Below, in pieces: positions 1 to 13,105 of a stretch of DNA of 64,000 nt (within the stretch, counting starts at the first letter, position 1; each line of letters begins with the position of its first letter). This DNA comes from Mobula hypostoma (lineage: Eukaryota), in NCBI RefSeq assembly GCF_963921235.1, contig NC_086108.1, positions 52,950,001 through 53,014,000 on the forward strand, in the 5' to 3' direction. The notes under the pieces are model-generated. The model did no database searches. It was not told where the DNA came from and worked only from the letters and a program-made list of their open reading frames with translations. The position numbers and the translations under genes are program-made.

Positions 1-855
1 CTACAAGAAGGACTTGGACAGATTAGAACAATAGGCAAAGAAGTGGCTGATGGAATAGTGTCAGGAAGTATATGGTCATGCACTTGGTGGAAGAAATGAA
101 AGAGTTGACTATTTTCTAAATGGAGAGAAAATATGAAAACCTGAGGTGCAAAGGGACCTGGGAGTCCTTGTGCAGGATTCCCTAAAGGTTAATTTACAGG
201 TTGGGTCTGTGGTGAGGATGGTAAATGTGATGAAACATTCATCTCAAGAGGTCTAGAATATAAAAGGAAGGATATAATGTTGAGACTTTATAAAGCATTG
301 GTGAAGCCTCACTTGGAGTATTGTGAGCTGTTTTGGGGCCCCTTAACTTAGAAAGGATGTGCTGAAACTGGACGGGGTTCAAAGGAGGTTCACAAAAGTG
401 ATTCCAGGATAGAATGTCTTGTCATATGAAGACTGTTTGATAGCTCAGGGCCTGTATTCACTAGAATTCAGAAGAATGAGGGGTGACCTAATTGAAACCT
501 ACCGAATGGTGAAAGGCCTTAATAGAATGGATGTGGGGAGGCTGTTTCCTGTGATGTGGGAATCTAAGACCAGAGAATGCAGCCTCAGAATAGCGGGACG
601 TCCTTTTAGAATGCAAATGAGAAGGAATTTCTTCAGCCAGAGAGTGTTGAATCTTTGCCACACAAGGCTGTGTGCACCGATCACTGGGTACATTTAAGGT
701 GGAGGTTGATTGATTCTTGCTTAATCAGGGTATCAAAGGTTATGGAGAGAAGACAGGAGAATAGGGTTGAAACTGATAATAAAACAACCATGATGGAATG
801 GCAGAGCAGACTCGATGGGACAAATAGGCTAATTCTGCTCCTGGGTATTATGGTC
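1..855 (+). mobile_element. CR1 LINE, 3' part of ORF2 (RT C-terminus) and 3' UTR, decayed
   Basis: Translates to GLYSLEFRRMRGDLIETY...RRNFFSQRV (ORF 419-697), the typical CR1 ORF2 C-terminus; CR1-type 3' UTR follows. Runs off the window start. Confidence 0.9.
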
Positions 856-889
856 AAAGCCCTTCCAGGTGGAATACCTTGTTGGGAAT

Positions 890-1930
890 TGATTGACTAT
901 TTTCTAAAGGGAGAGTAAAAACAAAAAAATTAAGGTGCAAAGTCCTTGTGCAGGATTCTCTAAAGGTTAATTCGCAGGTTGAATCTATGGTAAAGAAGGC
1001 AAATGAAATGTTAACATTCATCTCAAGAGGAATGGAATATAAAACCAAGGTCCTGTAGTGATGTACAACACACAGCGCTAGAATAACGACACGTAGTCGG
1101 TGAATTGGAGTTGCGATAAAAGAGATTTATTCAAACTTCACGGCCTCCTTTAAAGCCTGCCCGTTCCTGCCCTCCCTGGGTGGGACTGCAGTGGGGAATG
1201 CATATTTGCAGACGCTTTCCGCACGCAGGATTTGCCCCCTGCTGGTGAAGATGGCCTGGCACCCTTTATGGGGCCGGCCTCTCTGCCGGCACGCGCCGTT
1301 TCGTGAGCCGGTTCGAGTGTGCTGGAAAGTGGGTCGCCACAGTCATGATGCTGAGGCTTTATAAAGCACTGGTGAGGCCTCACTTGAGTATTGTGAGCAG
1401 TTTTGGGTCCCTTATCTCAAAGGATGTGGTGACACTGGAGAAGTTTTAAAGGAGATTCACAAAAATGACTCCAGGGTTCAACAGCTTGTCATATGAAGAG
1501 CATTTGATGGCTCTGGGCCTGTATTCACTAGAATTCAGAAGAATGAGGGGTGACCTAATTGAAACCTATTGAATGGTGAAAGGCCTTGGTAGTGTGGACG
1601 TGGAGAGGATGTTTCTTATGGTGGGAAAGTCTAGGACCAGAGGACACAGCCTAAGAATAGAGGGGCATCCTTTTAGAATGGAGATGAGGAGGAATTTCTT
1701 TAGCCAGAGAGCAGTGAATCTGTGGAATTCTTTGCCACAGGCAGCTGTGGAGGCCAAGTTCTTAGGTTGATAGATTTTTGATTGGTCAGGGCATGATGAG
1801 ATACGGGCGGAAGGTAGGAGATTGGGGCTGAGAGGGAAATTGGATCAGCCATGATGAAATGGTGGAGCAGACTCGATGGGCCAAATGGCCTAATTCTGCT
1901 CCTATATCTGAAGATCTTATGTTCTTATGA
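890..1930 (+). mobile_element. CR1 LINE 3' fragment interrupted by a solo LTR
   Basis: ORF 1573-1770 RTRGHSLRIEG...RRNFFSQRAVNLWNSLP; near copy of 110-855; ends in a tcttatg-type tail near 1915-1929. Confidence 0.9.
1054..1341 (-). mobile_element. Solo LTR (probably Gypsy), 288 bp
   Basis: TG...CA ends with short inverted termini (tgtagtga / tcgccaca); flanks gtcc/gtca (3 of 4 TSD match); AATAAA on minus strand near 1127-1132; CpG-rich and interrupts continuous CR1 sequence. Confidence 0.75.
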
Positions 1931-2309
1931 CATATGTGAGTGATGATAAACTTGATTCTGATGTGGGTCTCTATTTTGGACTGAAAGTGGGAAGGGAGTA
2001 GGGAGAGGGTATCACAGTTGCAGAAAGGGGGAGAAGGGAGAGGACAAGAAGCTCCAGAGATGTTCTGTAATAATCAATAAACCATATGTTTGGAATAAAA
2101 TGACCTTGCCTGGTGTCTCAGGACTGGGTGTGCCAGTACCTGCCCCTGCCCCCTGCACTTGACATTCCTTTACCACAGAAACCACAATATCTTAGTACTT
2201 CTGCCAAGCTCATTCTCATATCTCATGGCTTGTACTCAGTTCTATCTGTCGACTATGATATGCACAGTTATATAGTGATCATATTAAAGGAGCAGTAATC
2301 CTGAAATCT

Positions 2310-2545
2310 GGGCCAATCATCAAGGCATAAGAATTCAATCCCACCATGACAGCTGGGCATTAAAGTTAGTATTGACAGTCATGTAACCACTAATTCATCA
2401 TAAAAGTCCATCTATTTCATAAGCATCTTTTGGGCAAAGAGATCTAAAACTGAATCTTAGGTCTGGAGTTACATCTAAGACTCAGCTAGACTCTTAAATA
2501 TTACACCAGATATATAGCAATATAGTTGCCTCTTATTTGAAATTC
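2310..2545 (+). mobile_element. Old decayed SINE-like repeat
   Basis: B-box-like ttcaatcccaccatg followed by sequence resembling the body of elasmobranch tRNA-derived SINEs; recognised by eye only. Confidence 0.35.
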
Positions 2546-2852
2546 TGATTAATAGAGGATGATGGGGGTGATTTGTGGAGCTTTGTCCATTGCCAATTCT
2601 GTAGTTGGTAGGCTGTGGCACTGAAGATGCATTCACTTACCGTGATGGCTGATGATCATTGAACTTCTTGTGCTACCGTTTTCAGGTCTTTATTAATGGC
2701 ATGGACTACCAGAGCCCTTTCTGTGAGCCTGGACACCCCTTTACTCCTTTCTGGAGATTAATCTCTGACCAACAGTGACAACTCTGCCACATCAATAAGC
2801 TCCAAGACCTTGGCTTTAATACTTCCTTGTGCAACTAGATCCTCGATTTCCA

Positions 2853-4779
2853 ACAAGACAACAAGGCAGCCCTAACAACAGTGAGGGCCAAAATGTCCCG
2901 GGCCATCAGAGAGGCAAAGCGTGCACACACCCAGCGAATCCACAGCCACTTCCAGGACCGTGGTGACACGTGGCACATGTGGAAGGGTATTCAAGATATC
3001 ACCAACTACAAAACAACACCACCTACCTGTGCTGGTGATTCCTCCCTCCCAGATGCGTTGAATAACTTCTACGCTCGTTTTGAGGCGGAAAATGATGTGG
3101 CGGCGAGGAAGACCACCCCTCCTCCTAACGACCAGGTGCTGTGTCTTACCGTGGCCGCTGTGAGGAGAACCCTGTGCAGGGTCAACCCACGGAAGGCTGC
3201 TGGACCAGACAATATTCCTGGCAGAGTGCTTAGAGGATGTGCAGATGAGCTAGCTGAGATTCTCACTGACACCTTCAACATCTCCCTGAGCAGTGCTGCC
3301 GTTCCTACGTGCTTCGAGGCTGCCACCATCGTCTCCATGCCGAAGAAGTCTTCAGTGTCCTGCCTCAACGACTACCGTCCCGTCACACTCACATCCATCA
3401 TGATGAAGTGTTTCGAGAGGCTTATCATGAGGTACATCAAGATCCTGCTGCCCCCCTCACTTGACCCCCTGCAGTTCGCGTACCGTCCCAACCGTTCAAC
3501 AGATGATGTCATTGCCATCACCCTCCACCTGGCCCTAACCCACCTGGACAAAAAAGACACGTACTTTCGAATGCTGTTCACAGACTTCAGTTCAGAATTC
3601 AACATAATCAGTCCTCAGAAACTGATTGGAAAGCTGAGCCTACTGGGCCTGAACACCCCCCTCTGCAACTGTATCCTAGACTTCCTGACCGGGAGACCTC
3701 AGTCAGTCCGGATTGGAAGCAGCATCTCCAACACCATCACACTGAGCATGGGGGCCCCCCAGGGCTGCGTGCTCAGTCCACTGCTGTTCACTCTGCTGAC
3801 CCACGACTGTGCTGCAACACACAGCTCCAACCACATCATCAAGTTCGCCGATGACACAAACGTGGTGGATCTCATCAGCAAGAATGATGAGTCAGCATAC
3901 AGAGAGGAGGTGCAGTGACTAACAGACTGGTGCAGAGCCAACAACCTGTCTCTGAATGTGAACAAAACAAAAGAGATGGCTGTTGACTTCAGGAGGACAC
4001 AGAACGACCTGAACATCGATGACTCCTCCATAGAGATCATTAAGAGCACCAAATTTCTTGGTGTTCACCTGGCGGAGAATCTCACCTGGTCCCTCAACAC
4101 CAGCTCCATAGCAAAGAAAGCCCAGCAGCATCTCTACTTTCTGTGAAGGCTGAGAGAGGTCCATCTCCCAACCCCCATCCTCACCACATTCTACAGAGGT
4201 TGTATTGAGAGCATCCTGAGCAGCTGCATCACTGCCTGGTTCGGAAATTGCACCATCTCAGATCGAAAGACCCTGCAGTGGATAGTGAGGTCAGCTGAGA
4301 AGAGTATCGGAGTCTCTCTTCCCGCCATTACAGGCATTTACACCACACGCTGCATCTGTAAAGCAAACAGCATTATGAAGGACCCCATGCACCCCTCATA
4401 CAAACTCTTCTCCCTCCTGCCATCTGGCAAAAGGCACTGAAGTATTTGGCCTCTCATGACCAGACTATGTAACAGTTTCTTCCCCTAAGCCACCAGACTC
4501 CTCAATAACCAGAGCCTGGACTGACCAACCTACTGCTCTCTCCTGTGTCTATTGTCTTGTTTATTATTTATTGTAATGCCTGCACTGTTTTGTGCACTTT
4601 ATGCAGTCCTGGGTAGGTCTGTAGTCTAGTGTAGTTTTGTGTTGTTTTACGTAGTTCAGTGTAGTTTTTGAATTGTTCATGTAGCACCATGGTCCTGAAA
4701 AACGTCTCATTTTTACTGTGTACTGTATCAGTCAGTTATGGTTGAAATGACAATAAAAAGTGACTTGACTTGACTTGAC
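2853..4779 (+). mobile_element. Rex1/Babar LINE, 5'-truncated, young
   Basis: RT-encoding ORF 2881-3918, continued 3958-4146; aataaa then (gactt)n tail at 4762-4779. Confidence 0.9.
2881..4525 (+). pseudogene. Rex1/Babar reverse transcriptase, truncated with premature stops
   Basis: Motifs [64 protein letters not shown]; stops at 3916 and 4144. Confidence 0.9.
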
Positions 4780-5715
4780 ACACCTGTAGACCCCAGTCAG
4801 TTTGGATTGGTACCAACATTTCTTCCACAATCACAGGTTATCTCAAGGCTGTGTGCTTAGCCTCCTGCTCTAGTCACTTTACACTTATGACCGTGAGGCT
4901 AAGCACAACTCCAACACCATATTTAAGTTTGGGGATGACACCCCTATCGCTGGCTGAATCAGAGTGATTGAAAATTTGACTGAGTGGCGCCATAACAACA
5001 GCCTCCTACTCAGCGTCAGCAAGACAGATTATTGACTTCAGGAGAAGGAAGTGAGGTGCATGAGCTAGTCCTCATTGGGGGATCAGAGGTTGAGAGGGAC
5101 AGGAAATTTAAAGTTCTCGGTGTTATAATTTCGATGGAACTGTCCTGAGTCCAGCACATTAGTACAACTACAAAGAAAGCATGGAGATGCTGCTACTTTC
5201 TGAGAAGTTTGGAAAGATTCAGCATGTCAATTAAAACTTTGTCAAACTTTTATAGATGTGTGCTGTAGAGTATATTGATTGGTTACATCACAGCTTGGTA
5301 TGGAAACACCAATGCCCTTGAATGGAAAAGCCTATAAATAGTAACTGATGCAGCCCAGTCCATCATGGATAAAGTCCTTCCAACCATTGAGCATGTCTAC
5401 ATGGAGTGCTGTTGTAGGAAAGCACCATCCATCATCAAGGACCCTCACCATCCAGGCCATGCTCTCCTCTCATGGATGCCATCAGGAAGGAGGTACAGGA
5501 GCCACAGAACCCACACCACCAAGTTCAGGATCAGTTATTATCTTCAACATCAGCCTCTTGAATAACAGGGATAACTTCACTCAACTTCATTTACCCACAA
5601 CACTGAACTTCTCCCACAACCAATGGACTCACTCTCAAAGACTCTTCATCTCACGTTCTCAATATTTATTGCTTATTTATTGTTATTATTATTTTTATTG
5701 TTATTATTGTTGTAC

Positions 5716-6498
5716 TTTTTTTTCCCAGCTCAGGCTAGTAAAATCTGAGGTGTGACATAGCCAAGCATACTCATTTCTCAATTGTTAAGAATTTTCAGAT
5801 TATTTTAGTGGTATATAGTATTGTGGCTTTCAGGAGATTCACATAAATATTACTAAGTAGGCCTCATTGTTTTATGCTATTGTGTGGTGAAATTAGAATG
5901 ATACAAGTTATAGATATAACTAATAGACAATATTTACCCTGTTCCATTGTCTTTCAATTTCCTCTTTTAATTAAGTATATTTCTGGTGTTTTCGACTTAT
6001 TGCTTTCTGTATGTTATGTCTATATTTATTAAGTATGGTTTGGAATGGCTATATTTATTAAATAAGTTGTTCTTACTTATTTATCCAGTAATATATCTGG
6101 ACAGTTATTATGGATTGTCTTATCTGTAATAATGGATCTGTCAGAATATAATCTGTAGGACTCTGACTCTAAAACTGGATCAAGCTTGTATTTATAGTAA
6201 GGTGTGGTGTCTTCTATGAATTTGTATTTTTAAGCAAGATTTTGGTAAATTCTGTTTGCCGCAGTTGTGCCTGTGTAAGTAATCAGATTGAGTTAAACTG
6301 CTGCAGGATCCTGTAATGTGTTGCATAGTCTCTGGTTTCTCTTGGTATTTCCTGCATTTATCGTCCTGAATTTTTTGGTTTTATATTAGGTATTTTTGAT
6401 ATTATTTTGTGTTAACTACCTGGCCCTGTATTGCCACAAGGAACCCCTCTGTTTCTGGGTAGAGGTCTCCAACTCTGAGCCTAATGTTTGATGTTTGC
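5716..6498 (-). mobile_element. Dong/R4-clade (RLE endonuclease) non-LTR retrotransposon, 5'-truncated
   Basis: Manual minus-strand translation: LRVGDLYPETEGFLVAIQ, DDKCRKYQEKPETMQHITGSC...YLHRHN (zinc knuckle plus RHN), YSDRSIITDKTIHNNCPDI (PD nuclease motif), LLKATILYTTKII*KFL (C-terminus); A-run 3' end abutting (TAA)n. Confidence 0.85.
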
Positions 6499-9273
6499 TA
6501 TTATTATTATATTTGGGGTTTTTTTTGTATTTACTGTGAATGCCTGCAAGAAAATGAATCTCAGGGTTGTGTATGGTGACATATATGTACTTTGATAATA
6601 AATTTTCTTTGAACTTTGATGGAGTATGACTAAGAGTTCCGACCAACTTTCAAAAATTGATTCTCAGCAGTGCTGAAACTCTTGGCAAGGATGTCTCCTG
6701 CTTTGTACCTTCACCGAGGTTCCTTGCATATCATCAGCATCTCATGTTGTACCATTCTTCAATGTCTCCCAAATCAAAATGAGTTTCCAATTGCCACAAG
6801 CATCTGCTCCAGCCACAAAGAGGAACAGGCTGGTTTTAAGTAGTGCAAGCAATCTAATCACAATTGCTGCGGGTATTGATCAGCAGGGTTAGCGCTGATT
6901 GAATACAGCAATTATATAAATGTGAAGACACCTGGGACTATAGTAGAATTGGCTACTCCAATCCTATTTTGCAGTTTTGAAGTTCTCAGGAATTTTCTCA
7001 GCTACGATCATTGTTGGATTACAACATTTGTCGGATAGGAAGAGGAAAAGATCAGTCAGTGCCCTGGTTCTTGTTAACTTTAAATCTGCTCCAACTGATT
7101 ACTTTAGTATGTAGTTAGAGGGATAGGTTTAGACTGCAAACTGATGCTCGCTATTAAGTGTGATCGAGAATAGTAAATGTGCACTTGGTTTATTCATTAA
7201 GGGTGAAACCCCCATGTGACTTAGCATCTTCTTGATAAAAGGAAAATAGGAAAAGAAAATATCCACTGTTAACTGATCAAATAATCTAATTACTGAATCG
7301 TTCACTTTGTAAAATATGTAAAATATCACTTCCTCCTTTCATGTTTATCTTGCAATGGGGAAATATCACTTTGTCAAGTGATATAATTGTACTTGGTCAA
7401 GTGATACAACTAAGATCAAATCTCTTCTTTTGATATACCACACAGCCACAGTTCATTGCATCATACACTCCAACCTATAATCAGTACATTAATTTCCTAT
7501 ATGAAGATCATATTTTATAATGTAACAGTTTTGAGCAGCTGCATCGGACTAACACTGACCAAAAAGTTGTCTTGACTTATGATTATAGAGGGAAGCAATT
7601 AATGTAACTTAGGGTATCCACAAACATGAATTTAAAGACAGGGGGTTAATGCTTGTTCTCTCCTTAAGACTGAAGACTTCAAAATGATCAGACTGAGGTT
7701 TTATAGATTATAATGGAGATGTTTAAAAATTTAATTTAGATAAATTGCCCATTATAGTGAAGTTTTGAAATAACAAGTTATATTCATATTCAGAAGATAT
7801 GAGGTAGAAAAAAGAATCAGGCGAAGTACTTCAATACAAAGAACATAAAGACCATCACATAAGCAAGGCAAATCAATGACAACTATGCTACGGATTAATA
7901 CAGGATTGGTAGGGTGTCAAGGAATCATAGGCAATTACATGGGATAGATGATGGTTCTAATTTTTCTTTACTACTGACCGGTAATTTGTACAAAATATTC
8001 TACCTCTCCCTGTCCCTTAAACAAAAAAAAATACACTGTAACATTCTGTCATTTGAAATAAATGATTATTAATACAACCAATGACATATTTGATTTAATA
8101 CAATTCTTCAGAATTGTGACTTATTTAGTAGCTGAGATAATTTATGCATGTTGAAAGATAATGATTTAGCTGGTAATATCCATTAAAAACAGATGTGTAC
8201 AGTAATTTGTAATCAATACCTCATAGATAAAACATTCTTGTAGTGATCTGGGTTAATGAGGAGATAAAGTATTGGTGCCAACACTTAGAATGAAGAGCTT
8301 GTTTGCTAAAAAAAGTGATTCTATTCAGTTCAGCCCATCCATTGACAGAACATTCCCCTCTCATAGCAAATATTTGATTTACTGTTTACCAAAGCGTAAG
8401 TTAAGACTTTGAGTTCTAGTTTATTAGTAGTTTGTACTGAATTTAGCTAATTACTGGGGGTTGGGGGGGGGGGAAATTAACATGGATTAAAGCGTTACAA
8501 TTTGGTGGAGAAGGGAAAGATAAGCCAGTGTACTTCTGCTTAGTCAGTTTATTGACAGTTCTGGAAAATGCTAAATAGAGACAGAATCGTGTTTGCCTGT
8601 GATGTTCTCCACCCTGCTAACACATACCAGTGTAGATATACCAGTAGCATGCTAGAACACCCAGCTGACTTGTTTCAAACCTGACCCAGTGTGGTTTTGA
8701 AGGATGACCCTCAGCAATATAACAATGGATTTGACATTAGGAAATTAGTAACTGTAGATACAGGAATTCACTTGTAAGCAGCCAAGTTCTTAAAGGAATG
8801 GTATGTGTGTATTTCTGCTCAAACAGTTGGCTAACACAAATGCCTGTGAGACCCCAATACCCTGCACAATAGGCAGGAAGTCGAGCCTTTAGCCAAGCAA
8901 TTGGCAGGCCAGCATTCATAACTCATAAGGTGTAATTGGTGTTGGATGAAAGCAATGATGAAAATCACGATACATATGAGTTGTATGTGATATATAGACT
9001 GTGTTTTGCGCCTTGGTCCCCATGTGTACAGTTGAATGACAATAAACTTGATTTTGAACTTGAACTTCAATAAGGTGTTTCACAACATGATGCCTCCTTA
9101 TAAGTATCATTCTTAGAAGATAGCAACCAGGGCCAATTATAGAATACATTAATCCCTTAATACAATAATAACATTTCTTTTTACACTAGTTCAGATTACA
9201 GTACTATCATTGCACTATTCTGTTGTGTGTTGTACCATACTGTTGTTTGGTGTTTGCTGCTGTATTTATTGAG

Positions 9274-10335
9274 CAACGCACACAAAATGCTGGAGAAACT
9301 CGGCAAGTCAGGCTGTCCCTATGGAGGGGAATAAGCAGTCGACGTTTCGGGCTGAGACCCTTCATCAGGATGGTAAAGGAAGGGGAAATAAAAGGTGGGG
9401 GAGGGTAAGGAGCACAAGCTGGCAAACGGTAGGTGAAACCAGGTGAAAGGGCCATGGGTAACCCTAGGTAAATTCTAAAGTAAGTACATGTTCAGCACAG
9501 CATTGTGGGCCGAAGGGCCTGTATTGTGCTGTAGGTTTTCTATTGGGGGAGGGGGGACGAAGGTGGGATGCGATAGATGAAAGAGGGGAAGGGCTGGGGA
9601 AGAAGGAATCTAATAGAAGAGGACAGTGGACTATGGAATAAAGGGAAAGAGGAGGGGCACCAGAGGGAGATGATGGGCAGGTGAGAAGAGAAGGGGTGAG
9701 AGGGGAACCAGAATGGGGAATGGAAAAAGAGAAGGGGAAGGGGAAGGGAGGAGACATTACTGAATGTGAGAGAAATCGATATTCATACCATCAGGTTGGA
9801 GGCTACCCAGATAGAATATGAGGTGTTGCTCCTCCATCCTCAGTATGGGCTCATGGCGGCAGTAAAAGAGATCATGAACTCACATGTTGTAATAGGAATG
9901 GGAGGTCGAATTGAAATGGGTGGCCACTGGTAAATCCATCCTTTTGTGGTGGATGGAGGTGCTTGGCAAAGCAGTCCCCCATCTATGTTGGGTCTAACCA
10001 AAGTAGAGAAGGTTTCCTGTATCGGGAAAACCAGATACAGCAGATGATCCCAACAATCTTGCAGGTGAAGTGTAGCCTCACCTGGAAGAACTGTTTGGGG
10101 ACCTGAATGGTGGTTAGGGAAGAAGTTAGAGGCAGGTTCAGCACTTGTCCCACTTACAGTGGTAAGTGCCAGGAAGGAGCTCAATGGGAAGGGGTAAGTG
10201 GACAAGGGAATCACTTCGAGAAAGACCCCTAGAGAAGGTGGAGAATCAGGGGTAGGGAAGGATGTGTTTAGTGGTAGGATCCTGTTGCTGATGGTGGAAA
10301 TTACCAAGAATGAGGTGCTGGATACAGAGGCTCTT
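9274..10335 (-). mobile_element. Older Penelope-like element 3' part (GIY-YIG remnant plus pLTR); short CR1 tail inserted at ~9465-9543
   Basis: Colinear diverged similarity to 14157-15170 (e.g. ccatcaggttggaggctacccaga at 9788); hammerhead core at 9337-9370. Confidence 0.85.
9337..9370 (-). ncRNA. Minimal hammerhead ribozyme motif (helix I weakened)
   Basis: Minus strand CUGAUGA-AGGG-ucucag-CCC-GAAAC-GUC with intact core; helix I has only 2 clear pairs. Confidence 0.65.
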
Positions 10336-10623
10336 ATCTCATAAAATGAAGGTAAGGATTTAAAGTTGTCTTTATTATTACCACGCTTAGTGTTTACTCT
10401 GTAAGCTTCATGCAAGCAAGCGATTTCATTGCACCCTGGTGCATGTGAAAATAAACTAAACTGAATGTGAATCTGTTCTTGGAAAACATTTTGCTGCATG
10501 AACTTCTGTAAGTCAAAAAGGCTCTTCAGCATTCATGATAGGTGTTTTAGAACAGTATATTTCTAAGTGCAGAGATTGGCACACTAATTGCCAGGGTAAA
10601 ACAGTAGCATTATTACTTGAAGG

Positions 10624-10757
10624 CAACACATACAAAATGCTGGAGGAACTCAGCAAGCCAAGCTGCATCTGTGGAAAAGAAAACAGTCGATATTTTGGGC
10701 TGAGACCCTTCATCGGGACTTCCAGATTTCCAGCATCTGCAGATCTTCTGGTGTTTG
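10624..10757 (-). mobile_element. Miniature PLE pLTR-derived fragment with degenerate hammerhead and inverted tail
   Basis: 10624-10720 is the reverse complement of a pLTR end (core mutated to CCGAUGA...AAAAU); 10721-10757 is the pLTR tail (atttccagcatctgcaga) in the opposite orientation. Confidence 0.7.
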
Positions 10758-10889
10758 TGATTATTAATTGAAGGTACATACCCCAAAAAATCAGGGGTAT
10801 TACAATGAAAATTTGTAAACCAAGGAATTACTATATTTAAATTACCTGAATTATAAGCCATGGGTTCAGAAGTAATACTGCAGTAGGAA

Positions 10890-11083
10890 GAATTCTGATC
10901 GACATTCATCCTTCAATCAACATTAGCACAAGACTAATTGTTGTTTGTAGGACCTTGTTGTGGATAAATTGGCTGCTTTTTCATACACACTTAATACAAT
11001 ATAAAGTGCTTTGAGTTACCTGTGAAATGCTTTTGAATGTCCTGGGGTTATGGAAAGAGTCTAGATCAATACAATCTGCTTTC
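10890..11083 (+). mobile_element. Deu-domain SINE 3' part, decayed
   Basis: ttgttgtttgtaggaccttgttgtggataaattggctgc...gcttttgaatgtcctggggttatggaaag resembles the Deu domain and tail; recognised by eye. Confidence 0.55.
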
Positions 11084-11526
11084 TGAATAGGGGCACAACT
11101 GGTCATTAATGGTATTGGTAGTGGAAGACCTAGGGTTTTATTAGTTTGGGGTGTGCCAGCTGCAACCACCTTGTTGTGATTTGGAGTATCTGCAAGCAGA
11201 GCTTCGCAAACAAATCCGGGTGGCTTTGCCAGTGTTTGTAATGTAGATTGTCTCTACCACAGGTTGACATCCTTGTATTTTCCTTCTTTTCCAAAAGAAG
11301 TGGAAGATTTTACATGGAATAGACTGTCAGAGCAATATAATGATATTCCAGAACATTGAGATCTATAAATTATTTCTCCTAGGCCACCTCATAATTAAGC
11401 ATTGACATAATTTCTGATGGATTGTTCCTAATTTGCACCTGATTATCAGATTTAGCTGTCTGAAATTTCTCCTACTAAGTAACAGCACACAAAAATTGTG
11501 GGGCCATATTCCTTTAGGATAGGCAT

Positions 11527-11766
11527 TGTAGTATATTTAATATTTCAGTAATACTTGAGTAATATTGTAAATACATTATTTGATTATGCATTCTTTGTTT
11601 GTTTGCATAATTCATTATGGGTTATATGGTAGAACTACGTGAATGGCATACGTCACTACGCCACCACGTCATATATGAGCACCTCACTAAAGAAAGGCAA
11701 AGTAGATAAGTTATACCAGGCTCCTGTACTTTTCTTTTGATTTTTTTCTGGAGTTACAAAACAACA
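11527..11766 (+). repeat. Gypsy 5' LTR
   Basis: TG...CA ends; colinear with 23460-23688 (shared atatttcagtaat, acgccaccacgtcat, cctcactaaaga, agttacaaaaca). Confidence 0.8.
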
Positions 11767-11983
11767 GTGGTGATGAAGAAGTCTTAAAATGACAACTACC
11801 TACCTGTTGAAGCTCAGCACACTTTTTCTTTGGAAAAAGAGAGCGAGAGGGAGATGCCTTCAGGTTAGAAAAAACTAGTACAACATCTGTTTCCTCAGAA
11901 GGGGAGAGAGACGTTCGAGTTAACAAAGGCAGAAAATGGAAGAAATTCACAGGTTCATAAACAGTGAGTACCAGATGATAATA

Positions 11984-11984
11984 A

Positions 11985-12015
<31 letters not shown>

Positions 12016-12018
12016 ATA
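11984..12018 (+). repeat. (AAAT)n microsatellite in the Gypsy leader just upstream of the gag ATG
   Basis: Direct reading of the sequence. Confidence 0.95.
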
Positions 12019-13105
12019 GCAGAAATGGCTGGTTCCATTGTAAAGATGGACGCCTTCAATTGCACAACAGATAACTGGATGATGTGTATTGAACAAATTG
12101 AGCAGTATTTTGAGGCAAATGAAATAGCCAATGAAAACTGACTGCCAGTGTTACTGAGTGCAATAGATGGAAAAGAATACAGAATGCTTGGACGTTTAAC
12201 TGCTCCAACTAAACCAGCTGAAATAAGATTTTTTTGTATCATGAATGTAATGCAGGAACATTAAGAACTGAAACTATTGTTGAATACAGAATGCTTTAGG
12301 TTTCATAAGTGGAGTCAAAAGGAAGGAGAGTCAAGTTCAGTGTATGTGGCTGAATTCAAGAAATTGCCCGAACATTGTCAGTTGAGTGATGAGCTGAATG
12401 AGGCACTGAGAGATTGTTTAGTTTATTGAACCTTACAAGAAAGCATTAAAAAATGGTTCCTAACAGAAGCACAACTTACATGTAAAAGAGCAATTGAAAT
12501 TTCTGTAACAATTGAAGCAATGGCCAGAGTCACAAATGAGTTGCAGTCCAGAATGAAAGTGAGTGTGAACAAAATTGTAATGTCTAAACAGAAACCTGCC
12601 TAGCCGAACAAATTGTGTTACCATTGTGCCAGGGCTCACATACACCAGACCAATGCAGGGCTAAAGGTGAAACTTGCAGAAAATGCAACGATGTAGGGCA
12701 CATACAAAGAGCAGGTCAGGCAGACAAAAATAAACAAACTCACAGGGAAGAGAAAAAGATGAAAGGTCAAGTTACAGTTTTAAAAAGAGCACAAATCTGC
12801 ATGCCATTGATAAAAAGTCTGATAATGATGAGAGTGACACAGGACTGAGTAGCCTTAAAACTTACAATGGGAAAACTAACAGGTAACAATCAATGTGGCT
12901 TACAACAGACCTGAATGGCAAATTAATTAAATGGAATTGGACACCGGCTCGGCTGTTTCCATCATTCCACAAAATGAGTTTGAATGGTATCTCAAAGATA
13001 TTGAACTGAAGCCTGCAAATATTCAACTAATAACTTATACTGGAGAAAAGATAACTCCTGTGGGAATGATGTTGCAACAGTGAAATACGACAACAAACAA
13101 GCCAT

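Larger units (their letters stand above)
2740..6620 (+). mobile_element. Older Rex1/Babar-type LINE 3' part (pieces ~2740-2852, 4779-5715, 6499-6620) hosting two insertions
   Basis: ORF 5365-5565 IIKDPHHPGHALLSWMPSGRRYRS is the Rex1-type ORF end; RT remnant KFGDD near 4925; 3' UTR resumes after 6499 and ends aataaa...tttgaactttga. Confidence 0.75.
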
